64,000 bases of DNA from Balanoglossus misakiensis. Its lineage: Eukaryota > Animalia > Hemichordata. The notes beneath the pieces were generated by a model, which made no database searches, was not told where the DNA came from, and worked only from the letters and a program-made list of their open reading frames with translations. Positions within the stretch are counted from its first letter, which is position 1. Every line of letters begins with the position of its first letter. This document shows, piece after piece, positions 1 through 15,000 of the stretch. The stretch is taken from the NCBI GenBank assembly GCA_040954595.2, contig CM082588.2, forward strand, positions 10,772,844 through 10,836,843. The letters run 5' to 3'. The translations under genes and the position numbers were made by a program.

Positions 1-3000
1 GGATGTGTTTGGAAGCAATCATGGAAATTTTAGAACTATCCGTCGATCTACAGAGTCTAGAGGGAAACTTTCTTATGCGCATAGGCATATGTATGTGTTC
101 AGCGCATCACAACAGAATTTTGTAAATGAACGAGGCTGTGTTTGGAAACAACCATGGAAATTTTAGAACTATCTCTCGATCTAAAGTTGAAAAGTTTCTT
201 ATGCGCATAGGCCTATTACGTGTTCTGCGCCTCACAACAGAATTCGGTAAATAAACGAGGCTGTTTGGAAGCAACAATGGAAATTTTAGAACTATCCGTC
301 GATCTACGGAGTATAGTGGAAAACGTTCATATGCGCATAGGCCTATATATGTGTTCTGCGCATCACAACAGAATTTTGTAAACAATCGAGGATGTGTTTG
401 GAAGCAATCATGGAAATTTTAGAACTATCCGTCGATCTACAGAGACTAGTGGGAAACTTTCTTATGCGCATAGGCATATGTATGTGTTCAGCGCATCACA
501 ACAGAATTTTGTAAATGAACGAGGCTGTGTTTGGAAACAACCATGGAAATTTTACAACTATCCGTCGATCTACGGAGTCTGGTGGAAAACTTTCTTATGC
601 GCATAGGCCTATTACGTGCTCTGCGCCTCACAACAGAATTCGGTAAATAAACGAGGCTGTTTGGAAGCAACCATGGAAATTTTAGAACTATCTCTCGATC
701 TACAGAGTCTAGTGGAAAACTTTATTATGCACATATGCCTATCTATGTGTTCTGCGCATCACAACAGAAATCGGTAAATAAACGAGGCTGTTTGGAAGCA
801 ACCATGGAAATTTTACAACTATCCGTCGATCTACAGAGTCTGGTGGAAAACTTTCTTATGCGCATAGGCATATGTATGTGTTCTACGCATCACAACAGAA
901 ATCGGTAAATAAACGAGGCTGTATTTTGAAGCAACCATGAAATTTAACAACTATCCGTCGATCTACAGAGTCTGGTGGAAAACTTCCTTATGCGCATAGA
1001 CCTATTACGTGTTCTGCGCCTCACAACAGAATTCCGTAAATAAACGATGCTGTTTGGAAGCAACCATGGAAATTGTACAACTATCCGTCGATCTACAGAG
1101 TCTAGTGGAAAACGTTCTTATGCGCATAGGCCTATCTATGTGTTATGCGCATCTCAACAGAAATCGGTAAATAAACGAGGCTGTGTTTGGAAGCAACCAT
1201 GGACATTTTAGAACTATCTACAGAGTCTATAGTGGAAAACTTTCTTATGCACATATGCCTATCTATGTGTTCTGCGCCTCACAACAGAAATCGGTAAATA
1301 AACGAGGCTGTTTAAAAGCAACCATGGAAATTTTACAGCTATCCGTCGATCTACAGAGTCTAGTGGAAACGTTCTTATGCGCATAGGCCTATATATGTGT
1401 TCTGCGCATCACAACAGAATTTTGTAAACAAACGAGGCTGTGTTTGGAAGCAACCATGGACATTTTAGAACTATCTCTCGATCTACAGAGTCTATAGTGG
1501 AAAACTTTCTTATGCACATATGCCTATCTATGTGTTCTGTGCCTCACAACAGAATTCGGTAAATAAACGAGGCTGTTTGGAAGCAACCATGGAAATTTTA
1601 CAACTATCCGTCGATCTACAGAGTCTAGTGGAAAACGTTATTATGCGCATAGGCCTATATATGTGTTCTGCGCATCACAACAGAATTTTGTAAACAAACG
1701 AGGCTGTGTTTGGAAGCAACCATGGAAATTTTAGAACTATCTCTCGATCTACAGAGTCTAGTGGAAAACTTTATTATGCACATATGCCTATCTATGTGTT
1801 CTGCGCATCACAACAGAAATCGGTAAATAAACGAGGCTGTTTGGAAGCAACCATGGAAATTTTACAACTATCCGTCGATCTACAGAGTCTGGTGGAAAAC
1901 TTTCTTATGCGCATAGGCATATGTATGTGTTCTACGCATCACAACAGAATTCGGTAAATAAACGAGGCTGTTTGGAAACAACCATGGAAATTTTTGAACT
2001 ATCCGTTGATCTAAAGTTGAAAAGTTTTTTATGCGCATAGGCCTATCTATGTGTTCTGCGCCTCACAACAGAAATCGGTAAATAAACGAGGCTGTTTGGA
2101 AGCAACCATGGAAATTTTACAACTATCTCTCGATCTACAGAGTCTATAGTGGAAAACTTTCTTATTCACATATGCCTATCTATGTGTTCTGCGCCTCAAA
2201 ACAGAATTCCGCAAATAAACGAGGCTGTTTGGAAGCAAACATGGAAGTTTTAGAACTATCTCTCGATCTACAGTGTATAGTGGAAAACGTTCATATGCGC
2301 ATAGGCCTATCTATGTGTTCTGCGCATCACAACAGAATTTTGTAAACAATCGAGGATGTGTTTGGAAGCAATCATGGAAATTTTAGAACTATCCGTCGAT
2401 CTACAGAGTCTAGTGGAAACTTTCTTATGCGCATAGGCATATGTATGTGTTCAGCGCATCACAACAGAATTTTGTAAATGAACGAGGCTGTGTTTGGAAA
2501 CAACCATGGAAATTTTACAACTATCCGTCGATCTACGGAGTCTGGTGGAAAACTTTCTTATGCGCATAGGCCTATTACGTGCTCTGCGCCTCACAACAGA
2601 ATTCGGTAAATAAACGAGGCTGTTTGGAAGCAACCATGGAAATTTTAGAACTATCCGTCGATCTACAGAGTCTAGTGGAAAAATGTCTTATGCGCATAGG
2701 CCTATCATGTGTTCTGCGCCTCACAACAGAAATCGGTAAATAAACGAGGCTGTTTGGAAGCAACCATGGAAATTGTACAACTATCCGTCGATCTACAGAG
2801 TCTAGTGGAAAACGTTCTTATGCGCATAGGCCTATCTATGTGTTATGCGCATCACAACAGAAATCGGTAAATAAACGAGGCTGTATTTGGAAGCAACCAT
2901 GACATTTTACAACTATCCGTCGATCTACAGAGTCTGGTGGAAAACTTCCTTATGCGCATAGACCTATTACGTGTTCTGCGCCTCACAACAGAATTCGGTA

Positions 3001-6000
3001 AATAAACGATGCTGTTTGGAAGCAACCATGGAAATTGTACAACTATCCGTCGATCTACAGAGTCTAGTGGAAAACGTTCTTATGCGCATAGGCCTATCTA
3101 TGTGTTATGCGCATCACAACAGAAATCAGTAAATAAACGAGGCTGTGTTTGGAAGCAACCATGGACATTTTAGAACTATCTCTCGATCTACAGAGTCTAG
3201 TGGAAAACGTTCTTATGCGCATAGGCCTATCTATGTGTTATGCGCATCTCAACAGAAATCGGTAAATAAACGAGGCTGTGTTTGGAAGCAACCATGGACA
3301 TTTTAGAACTATCTACAGAGTCTATAGTGGAAAACTTTCTTATGCACATATGCCTATCTATGTGTTCTGCGCCTCACAACAGAATTCGGTAAATAAACGA
3401 GGCTGTTTGGAAGCAACCATGGAAATTTTACAACTATCCGTCGATCTACAGAGTCTAGTGGAAAACGTTATTATGCGCATAGGCCTATATATGTGTTCTG
3501 CGCATCACAACAGAATTTTGTAAACAAACGAGGCTGTGTTTGGAAGCAACCATGGAAATTTTAGAACTATCTCTCGATCTACAGAGTCTAGTGGAAAACT
3601 TTATTATGCACATATGCCTATCTATGTGTTCTGCGCATCACAACAGAAATCGGTAAATAAACGAGGCTGTTTGGAAGCAACCATGGAAATTTTACAACTA
3701 TCCGTCGATCTACAGAGTCTGGTGGAAAACTTTCTTATGCGCATAGGCCTATTACGTGCTCTGCGCCTCACAACAGAATTCGGTAAATAAACGAGGCTGT
3801 TTGGAAGCAACCATGGAAATTTACAGCTATCCGTCGATCTACAGAGTCTAGTGGAAAACGTTCTTATGCGCATAGGCCTATCTATGTGTTATGCGCATCA
3901 CAACAGAAATCGGTAAATAAACGAGGCTGTGTTTGGAAGCAACCATGGACATTTTAGAACTATCTCTCGATCTACAGAGTCTGTAGTGGAAAACTTTCTT
4001 ATGCACATATGCCTATCTATGTGTTCTGCGCCTCACAACAGAATTCGGTAAATAAACGAGGCTGTTTGGAAGCAACCATGGAAATTTTACAGCTATCCGT
4101 CGATCTACAGAGTCTAGTGGAAAACGTTATTATGCGCATAGGCCTATATATGTGTTCTGCGCATCACAACAGAATTTTGTAAACAAACGAGGCTGTGTTT
4201 GGAAGCAACCATGGACATTTTAGAACTATCTCTCGATCTACAGAGTCTATAGTGGAAAACTTTCTTATGCACATATGCCTATCTATGTGTTCTGCGCCTC
4301 ACAACAGAATTCGGTAAATAAACGAGGCTGTTTGGAAGCAACCATGGAAATTTTACAACTATCCGTCGATCTACAGAGTCTAGTGGAAAACGTTATTATG
4401 CGCATAGGCCTATATATGTGTTCTGCGCATCACAACAGAATTTTGTAAACAAACGAGGCTGTGTTTGGAAGCAACCATGGAAATTTTAGAACTATCTCTC
4501 GATCTACAGAGTCTAGTGGAAAACTTTATTATGCACATATGCCTATCTATGTGTTCTGCGCATCACAACAGAAATCGGTAAATAAACGAGGCTGTTTGGA
4601 AGCAACCATGGAAATTTTACAACTATCCGTCGATCTACAGAGTCTGGTGGAAAACTTTCTTATGCGCATAGGCCTATTACGTGCTCTGCGCCTCACAACA
4701 GAATTCGGTAAATAAACGAGGCTGTTTGGAAGCAACCATGGAAATTTTAGAACTATCCGTCGATCTACAGAGTCTAGTGGAAAAATGTCTTATGCGCATA
4801 GGCCTATCATGTGTTCTGCGCCTCACAACAGAAATCGGTAAATAAACGAGGCTGTTTGGAAGCAACCATGGAAATTGTACAACTATCCGTCGATCTAAAG
4901 AGTCTAGTGGAAAACGTTCTTATGCGCATAGGCCTATCTATGTGTTATGCGCATCACAACAGAAATCGGTAAATAAACGAGGCTGTATTTGGAAGCAACC
5001 ATGAAATTTTACAACTATCCGTCGATCTACAGAGTCTGGTGGAAAACTTCCTTATGCGCATAGACCTATTACGTGTTCTGCGCCTCACAACAGAATTCGG
5101 TAAATAAACGAGGCTGTTTGGAAGCAACCATGGACATTGTAGAACTATCCGTCGATCTACAAAGTCTAGTGGAAACGTTCTTATGCGCATAGGCCTATCA
5201 ATGTGTTATGCGCATCACAACAGAAATCGGTAAATAAACGAGGCTGTATTTGGAAGCAACCATGAAATTTTACAACTATCCGTCGATCTACAGAGTCTAG
5301 TGGAAAAATGTCTCATGCGCATAGGCCTATCATGTGTTCTGCGCCTCACAACAGAAATCGGTAAATAAACGAGGCTGTTTGGAAGCAACCATGGAAATTT
5401 TACAGCTATCCGTCGATCTACAGAGTCTAGTGGAAAAATGTCTCATGCGCATAGGCCTATCATGTGTTCTGCGCCTCACAACAGAAATCGGTAAATAAAC
5501 GAGGCTGTTTGGAAGCAACCATGGAAATTTTACAGCTATCCGTCGATCTACAGAGTCTAGTGGAAACGTTCTTATGCGCATAGGCCTATATATGTGTTCT
5601 GCGCATCACAACAGAATTTTGTAAACAAACGAGGCTGTGTTTGGTAGCAACCATGGACATTTTAGAACTATCTCTCGATCTACAGAGTCTATAGTGGAAA
5701 ACTTTCTTATGCACATATGCCTATCTATGTGTTCTGCGCCTCACAACAGAATTCGGTAAATAAACGAGGCTGTTTGGAAGCAACCATGGAAATTTTACAA
5801 CTATCCGTCGATCTACAGAGTCTAGTGGAAAACGTTATTATGCGCATAGGCCTATATATGTGTTCTGCGCATCACAACAGAATTTTGTAAACAAACGAGG
5901 CTGTGTTTGGAAGCAACCATGGAAATTTTAGAACTATCTCTCGATCTACAGAGTCTGGTGGAAAACTTTCTTATGCGCATAGGCCTATTACGTGCTCTGC

Positions 6001-9000
6001 GCCTCACAACAGAATTCGGTAAATAAACGAGGCTGTTTGGAAGCAACCATGGACATTGTACAACTATCCGTCGATCTACAAAGTCTAGTGGAAACGTTCT
6101 TATGCGCATAGGCCTATCAATGTGTTATGCGCATCACAACAGAAATCGGTAAATAAACGAGGCTGTATTTGGAAGCAACCATGAAATTTTACAACTATCC
6201 GTCGATCTACAGAGTCTAGTGGAAAAATGTCTCATGCGCATAGGCCTATCATGTGTTCTGCGCCTCACAACAGAAATCGGTAAATAAACGAGGCTGTTTG
6301 GAAGCAACCATGGAAATTTTACAGCTATCCGTCGATCTACAGAGTCTAGTGGAAAACGTTCTTATGCGCATAGGCCTATCTATGTGTTATGCGCATCACA
6401 ACAGAAATCGGTAAATAAACGAGGCTGTGTTTGGAAGCAACCATGGACATTTTAGAACTATCTCTCGATCTACAGAGTCTGTAGTGGAAAACTTTCTTAT
6501 GCACATATGCCTATCTATGTGTTCTGCGCCTCACAACAGAATTCGGTAAATAAACGAGGCTGTTTGGAAGCAACCATGGAAATTTTACAGCTATCCGTCG
6601 ATCTACAGAGTCTAGTGGAAAACGTTATTATGCGCATAGGCCTATATATGTGTTCTGCGCATCACAACAGAATTTTGTAAACAAACGAGGCTGTGTTTGG
6701 AAGCAACCATGGACATTTTAGAACTATCTCTCGATCTACAGAGTCTATAGTGGAAAACTTTCTTATGCACATATGCCTATCTATGTGTTCTGCGCCTCAC
6801 AACAGAATTCGGTAAATAAACGAGGCTGTTTGGAAGCAACCATGGAAATTTTACAACAATCCGTCGATCTACAGAGTCTAGTGGAAAACGTTATTATGCG
6901 CATAGGCCTATATATGTGTTCTGCGCATCACAACAGAATTTTGTAAACAAACGAGGCTGTGTTTGGAAGCAACCATGGAAATTTTAGAACTATCTCTCGA
7001 TCTACAGAGTCTAGTGGAAAACTTTATTATGCACATATGCCTATCTATGTGTTCTGCGCATCACAACAGAAATCGGTAAATAAACGAGGCTGTTTGGAAG
7101 CAACCATGGAAATTTTACAACTATCCGTCGATCTACAGAGTCTGGTGGAAAACTTTCTTATGCGCATAGGCCTATTACGTGCTCTGCGCCTCACAACAGA
7201 ATTCGGTAAATAAACGAGGCTGTTTGGAAGCAACCATGGAAATTTTAGAACTATCCGTCGATCTACAGAGTCTAGTGGAAAAATGTCTTATGCGCATAGG
7301 CCTATCATGTGTTCTGCGCCTCACAACAGAAATCGGTAAATAAACGAGGCTGTTTGGAAGCAACCATGGAAATTGTACAACTATCCGTCGATCTAAAGAG
7401 TCTAGTGGAAAACGTTCTTATGCGCATAGGCCTATCTATGTGTTATGCGCATCACAACAGAAATCGGTAAATAAACGAGGCTGTATTTGGAAGCAACCAT
7501 GAAATTTTACAACTATCCGTCGATCTACAGAGTCTGGTGGAAAACTTCCTTATGCGCATAGACCTATTACGTGTTCTGCGCCTCACAACAGAATTCGGTA
7601 AATAAACGAGGCTGTTTGGAAGCAACCATGGACATTGTAGAACTATCCGTCGATCTACAAAGTCTAGTGGAAACGTTCTTATGCGCATAGGCCTATCAAT
7701 GTGTTATGCGCATCACAACAGAAATCGGTAAATAAACGAGGCTGTATTTGGAAGCAACCATGAAATTTTACAACTATCCGTCGATCTACAGAGTCTAGTG
7801 GAAAAATGTCTCATGCGCATAGGCCTATCATGTGTTCTGCGCCTCACAACAGAAATCGGTAAATAAACGAGGCTGTTTGGAAGCAACCATGGAAATTTTA
7901 CAGCTATCCGTCGATCTACAGAGTCTAGTGGAAAAATGTCTCATGCGCATAGGCCTATCATGTGTTCTGCGCCTCACAACAGAAATTGGTAAATAAACGA
8001 GGCTGTTTGGAAGCAACCATGGAAATTTTACAGCTATCCGTCGATCTACAGAGTCTAGTGGAAACGTTCTTATGCGCATAGGCCTATATATGTGTTCTGC
8101 GCATCACAACAGAATTTTGTAAACAAACGAGGCTGTGTTTGGTAGCAACCATGGACATTTTAGAACTATCTCTCGATCTACAGAGTCTATAGTGGAAAAC
8201 TTTCTTATGCACATATGCCTATCTATGTGTTCTGCGCCTCACAACAGAATTCGGTAAATAAACGAGGCTGTTTGGAAGCAACCATGGAAATTTTACAACT
8301 ATCCGTCGATCTACAGAGTCTAGTGGAAAACGTTATTATGCGCATAGGCCTATATATGTGTTCTGCGCATCACAACAGAATTTTGTAAACAAACGAGGCT
8401 GTGTTTGGAAGCAACCATGGACATTTTAGAACTATCTCTCGATCTACAGAGTCTATAGTGGAAAACTTTCTTATGCACATAGGCCTATCAATGTGTTCTG
8501 TGCCTCACAACAGAATTCGGTAAATAAACGAGGCTGTTTGGAAGCAACCATGGAAATTTTAGAACTATCCGTCGATCTACAGAGTCTAGTGGAAAACGTT
8601 CTTATGCGCATAGGCCTATATATGTGTTCTGCGCATCACAACAGAATTTTGTAAACAAACGAGGCTGTGTTTGGAAGCAACCATGGAAATTTTAGAACTA
8701 TCTCTCGATGTACAGAGTCTATAGTGGAAAACTTTCTTATGCACATATGCCTATCTATGTGTTCTGCGCCTCAAAACAGAATTCCGTCAATAAACGAGGC
8801 TGTTTGGAAGCAACCATGGACATTTTAGAACTATTCGTCGATCTACGGAGTCTAGTGGAAAACTTTCTTATGCGCATAGGCATATGTATGTGTTCTACGC
8901 ATCACAACAGAATTCGGTAAATAAACGAGGCTGTTTGGAAACAACCATGGAAATTTTTGAACTATCCGTTGATCTAAAGTTGAAAAGTTTTTTATGCGCA

Positions 9001-12000
9001 TAGGCCTATCTATGTGTTCTGCGCCTCACAACAGAAATCGGTAAATAAACGAGGCTGTTTGGAAGCAACCATGGAAATTTTACAACTATCTCTCGATCTA
9101 CAGAGTCTATAGTGGAAAACTTTCTTATTCACATATGCCTATCTATGTGTTCTGCGCCTCAAAACAGAATTCCGCAAATAAACGAGGCTGTTTGGAAGCA
9201 AACATGGAAGTTTTAGAACTATCTCTGGATCTACAGTGTATAGTGGAAAACGTCCATATGCGCACAGGCCTATCTATGTGTTCTGCGCATCACAACAGAA
9301 TTTTGTAAACAATCGAGGATGTGTTTGGAAGAAATCATGGAAATTTTAGAACTATCCGTCGATCTACAGAGTCTAGTGGGAAACTTTCTTATGCGCATAG
9401 GCATATGTATGTGTTCAGCGCATCACAACAGAATTTTGTAAATGAACGAGGCTGTGTTTGGAAACAACCATGGAACTTTTACAACTATCCGTCGATCTAC
9501 GGAGTCTGGTGGAAAACTTTCTTATGCGCATAGGCCTATTGCGTGCTCTGCGCCTCACAACAGAATTCGGTAAATAAACGAGGCTGTTTGGAAGCAACCA
9601 TGGAAATTTTAGAACTATCCGTCGATCTACAGAGTCTAGTGGAAAAATGTCTTATGCGCATAGGCCTATCATGTGTTCTGCGCCTCACAACAGAAATCGG
9701 TAAATAAACGAGGCTGTTTGGAAGCAACCATGGAAATTGTACAACTATCCGTCGATCTACATAGTCTAGTGGAAAACGTTCTTATGCGCATAGGCCTATC
9801 TATGTGTTATGCGCATCACAACAGAAATCGGTAAATAAACGAGGCTGTATTTGGAAGCAACCATGAAATTTTACAACTATCCGTCGATCTACAGAGTCTG
9901 GTGGAAAACTTCCTTATGCGCATAGACCTATTACGTGTTCTGCGCCTCACAACAGAATTCGGTAAATAAACGATGCTGTTTGGAAGCAACCATGGAAATT
10001 GTACAACTATCCGTCGATCTACAGAGTCTAGTGGAAAACGTTCTTATGCGCATAGGCCTATCTATGTGTTATGCGCATCACAACAGAAATCGGTAAATAA
10101 ACGAGGCTGTGTTTGGAAGCAACCATGGACATTTTAGAACTATCTCTCGATCTACAGAGTCTATAGTGGAAAACTTTCTTATGCACATATGCCTATCTAT
10201 GTGTTCTGCGCCTCACAACAGAAATCGGTAAATAAACGAGGCTGTTTAAAAGCAACCATGGAAATTTTACAGCTATCCGTCGATCTACAGAGTCTAGTGG
10301 AAACGTTCTTATGCGCATAGGCCTATATATGTGTTCTGCGCATCATAACAGAATTTTGTAAACAAACGAGGCTGTGTTTGGGAGCAATCATGGACATTTT
10401 AGAACTATCTCTCGATCTACAGAGTCTATAGTGGAAAACTTTCTTATGCACATATGCCTATCTATGTGTTCTGCGCCTCACAACAGAAATCGGTAAATAA
10501 ACGAGGCTGTTTAAAAGCAACCATGGAAATTTTACAGCTATCCGTCGATCTACAGAGTCTAGTGGAAACGTTCTGATGCGCATAGGCCTATATATGTGTT
10601 CTGCGCATCACAACAGAATTTTGTAAACAAACGAGGCTGTGTTTGGAAGCAACCATGGACATTTTAGAACTATCTCTCGATCTATAGAGTCTATAGTGGA
10701 AAACTTTCTTATGCACATATGCCTATCTATGTGTTCTGCGCCTCACAACAGAATTCGGTAAATAAACGAGGCTGTTTGGAAGCAACCATGGAAATTTTAC
10801 AACTATCCGTCGATCTACAGAGTCTAGTGGAAAACGTTATTATGCGCATAGGCCTATATATGTGTTCTGCGCATCACAACAGAATTTTGTAAACAAACGA
10901 GGCTGTGTTTGGAAGCAACCATGGAAATTTTAGAACTATCTCTCGATCTACAGAGTCTAGTGGAAAACTTTATTATGCACATATGCCTATCTATGTGTTC
11001 TGCGCATCACAACAGAAATCGGTAAATAAACGAGGCTGTTTGGAAGCAACCATGGAAATTGTACAACTATCCGTCGATCTACAGAGTCTGGTGGAAAACT
11101 TTCTTATGCGCATAGGCCTATTACGTGCTCTGCGCCTCACAACAGAATTCGGTAAATAAACGAGGCTGTTTGGAAGCAACCATGGAAATTTTAGAACTAT
11201 CCGTCGATCTACAGAGTCTAGTGGAAAAATGTCTTATGCGCATAGGCCTATCATGTGTTCTGCGCCTCACAACAGAATTCGGTAAATAAACGAGGCTGTT
11301 TGGAAGCAACCATGGAAATTTTACAACTATCCGTCGATCTACAGAGTCTAGTGGAAAACGTTATTATGCGCATAGGCCTATATATGTGTTCTGCGCATCA
11401 CAACAGAATTTTGTAAACAAACGAGGCTGTGTTTGGAAGCAACCATGGACATTTTAGAACTATCTCTCGATCTACAGAGTCTATAGTGGAAAACTTTCTT
11501 ATGCACATAGGCCTATCTATGTGTTCTGCGCCTCACAACAGAAATCGGTAAATAAACGAGGCTGTATTTGGAAGCAACCATGAAATTTTACAACTATCCG
11601 TCGATCTACAGAGTCTAGTGGAAAAATGTCTCATGCGCATAGGCCTATCATGTGTTCTGCGCCTCACAACAGAAATCGGTAAATAAACGAGGCTGTTTGG
11701 AAGCAACCATGGAAATTTTACAACTATCCGTCGATCTACAGAGTCTAGTGGAAAACGTTATTATGCGCATAGGCCTATATATGTGTTCTGCGCATCACAA
11801 CAGAATTTTGTAAACAAACGAGGCTGTGTTTGGAAGCAACCATGGACATTTTAGAACTATCTCTCGATCTACAGAGTCTATAGTGGAAAACTTTCTTATG
11901 CACATAGGCCTATCTATGTGTTCTGCGCCTCACAACAGAAATCGGTAAATAAACGAGGCTGTATTTGGAAGCAACCATGAAATTTTACAACTATCCGTCG

Positions 12001-15000
12001 ATCTACAGAGTCTAGTGGAAAAATGTCTCATGCGCATAGGCCTATCATGTGTTCTGCGCCTCACAACAGAAATCGGTAAATAAACGAGGCTGTTTGGAAG
12101 CAACCATGGAAATTTTACAACTATCCGTCGATCTACAGAGTCTAGTGGAAAACGTTATTATGCGCATAGGCCTATATATGTGTTCTGCGCATCACAACAG
12201 AATTTTGTAAACAAACGAGGCTGTGTTTGGAAGCAACCATGGACATTTTAGAACTATCTCTCGATCTACAGAGTCTATAGTGGAAAACTTTCTTATGCAC
12301 ATAGGCCTATCTATGTGTTCTGCGCCTCACAACAGAAATCGGTAAATAAACGAGGCTGTATTTGGAAGCAACCATGAAATTTTACAACTATCCGTCGATC
12401 TACAGAGTCTAGTGGAAAAATGTCTCATGCGCATAGGCCTATCATGTGTTCTGCGCCTCACAACAGAAATCGGTAAATAAACGAGGCTGTTTAAAAGCAA
12501 CCATGGAAATTTTACAGCTATCCGTCGATCTACAGAGTCTAGTAGAAACGTTATTATGCACATATGCCTATCTATGTGTTCTGCGCATCACAACAGAAAT
12601 CGGTAAATAAACGAGGCTGTTTGGAAGCAACCATGGAAATTTTACAACTATCCGTCGATCTACAGAGTCTGGTGGAAAACTTTCTTATGCGCATAGGCCT
12701 ATTACGTGCTCTGCGCCTCACAACAGAATTCGGTAAATAAACGAGGCTGTTTGGAAGCAACCATGGAACTTTTAGAACTATCCGTCGATCTACAGAGTCT
12801 AGTGGAAAAATGTCTTATGCGCATAGGCCTATCATGTGTTCTGCGCCTCACAACAGAAATCGGTAAATAAACGAAGCTGTTTGGAAGCAACCATGGAAAT
12901 TGTACAACTATCCGTCGATCTACAGAGTCTAGTGTAAAACGTTCTTATGCGCATAGGCCTATCTATGTGTTATGCGCATCACAACAGAAATCGGTAAATA
13001 AACGAGGCTGTATTTGGAAGCAACCATGAAATTTTACAGCAATCCGTCGATCTACAGAGTCTAGTGGAAACGTTCTTATGCGCATAGGCCTATATATGTG
13101 TTCTGCGCATCACAACAGAATTTTGTAAACAAACGAGGCTGTGTATGGTAGCAACCATGGACATTTTAGAACTATCTCTCGATCTACAGAGTCTATAGTG
13201 GAAAACTTTCTTATGCACATATGCCTATCTATGTGTTCTGCGCCTCACAACAGAATTCGGTAAATAAACGAGGCTGTTTGGAAGCAACCATGGAAATTTT
13301 ACAACTATCCGTCGATCTACAGAGTCTAGTGGAAAACGTTATTATGCGCATAGGCCTATATATGTGTTCTGCGCATCACAACAGAATTTTGTAAACAAAC
13401 GAGGCTGTGTTTGGAAGCAACCATGGACATTTTAGAACTATCTCTCGATCTACAGAGTCTATAGTGGAAAACTTTCTTATGCACATAGGCCTATCTATGT
13501 GTTCTGCGCCTCACAACAGAAATCGGTAAATAAACGAGGCTGTATTTGGAAGCAACCATGAAATTTTACAACTATCCGTCGATCTACAGAGTCTAGTGGA
13601 AAAATGTCTCATGCGCATAGGCCTATCATGTGTTCTGCGCCTCACAACAGAAATCGGTAAATAAACGAGGCTGTTTGGAAGCAACCATGGAAATTTTACA
13701 ACTATCCGTCGATCTACAGAGTCTAGTGGAAAACGTTATTATGCGCATAGGCCTATATATGTGTTCTGCGCATCACAACAGAATTTTGTAAACAAACGAG
13801 GCTGTGTTTGGAAGCAACCATGGATATTTTAGAACTATCTCTCGATCTACAGAGTCTATAGTGGAAAACTTTCTTATGCACATAGGCCTATCTATGTGTT
13901 CTGCGCCTCACAACAGAAATCGGTAAATAAACGAGGCTGTATTTGGAAGCAACCATGAAATTTTACAACTATCCGTCGATCTACAGAGTCTAGTGGAAAA
14001 ATGTCTCATGCGCATAGGCCTATCATGTGTTCTGCGCCTCACAACAGAAATCGGTAAATAAACGAGGCTGTTTAAAAGCAACCATGGAAATTTTACAGCT
14101 ATCCGTCGATCTACAGAGTCTAGTAGAAACGTTATTATGCACATATGCCTATCTATGTGTTCTGCGCATCACAACAGAAATCGGTAAATAAACGAGGCTG
14201 TTTGGAAGCAACCATGGAAATTTTACAACTATCCGTCGATCTACAGAGTCTGGTGGAAAACTTTCTTATGCGCATAGGCCTATTACGTGCTCTGCGCCTC
14301 ACAACAGAATTCGGTAAATAAACGAGGCTGTTTGGAAGCAACCATGGAACTTTTAGAACTATCCGTCGATCTACAGAGTCTAGTGGAAAAATGTCTTATG
14401 CGCATAGGCCTATCATGTGTTCTGCGCCTCACAACAGAAATCGGTAAATAAACGAAGCTGTTTGGAAGCAACCATGGAAATTGTACAACTATCCGTCGAT
14501 CTACAGAGTCTAGTGTAAAACGTTCTTATGCGCATAGGCCTATCTATGTGTTATGCGCATCACAACAGAAATCGGTAAATAAACGAGGCTGTATTTGGAA
14601 GCAACCATGAAATTTTACAGCAATCCGTCGATCTACAGAGTCTAGTGGAAACGTTCTTATGCGCATAGGCCTATATATGTGTTCTGCGCATCACAACAGA
14701 ATTTTGTAAACAAACGAGGCTGTGTATGGTAGCAACCATGGACATTTTAGAACTATCTCTCGATCTACAGAGTCTATAGTGGAAAACTTTCTTATGCACA
14801 TATGCCTATCTATGTGTTCTGCGCCTCACAACAGAATTCGGTAAATAAACGAGGCTGTTTGGAAGCAACCATGGAAATTTTACAACTATCCGTCGATCTA
14901 CAGAGTCTAGTGGAAAACGTTATTATGCGCATAGGCCTATATATGTGTTCTGCGCATCACAACAGAATTTTGTAAACAAACGAGGCTGTGTTTGGAAGCA

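Noticed and set aside
655-675. TTGGAAGC resembles the centre of a CENP-B box
   Set aside because: The essential TTCG and CGGG positions are absent.
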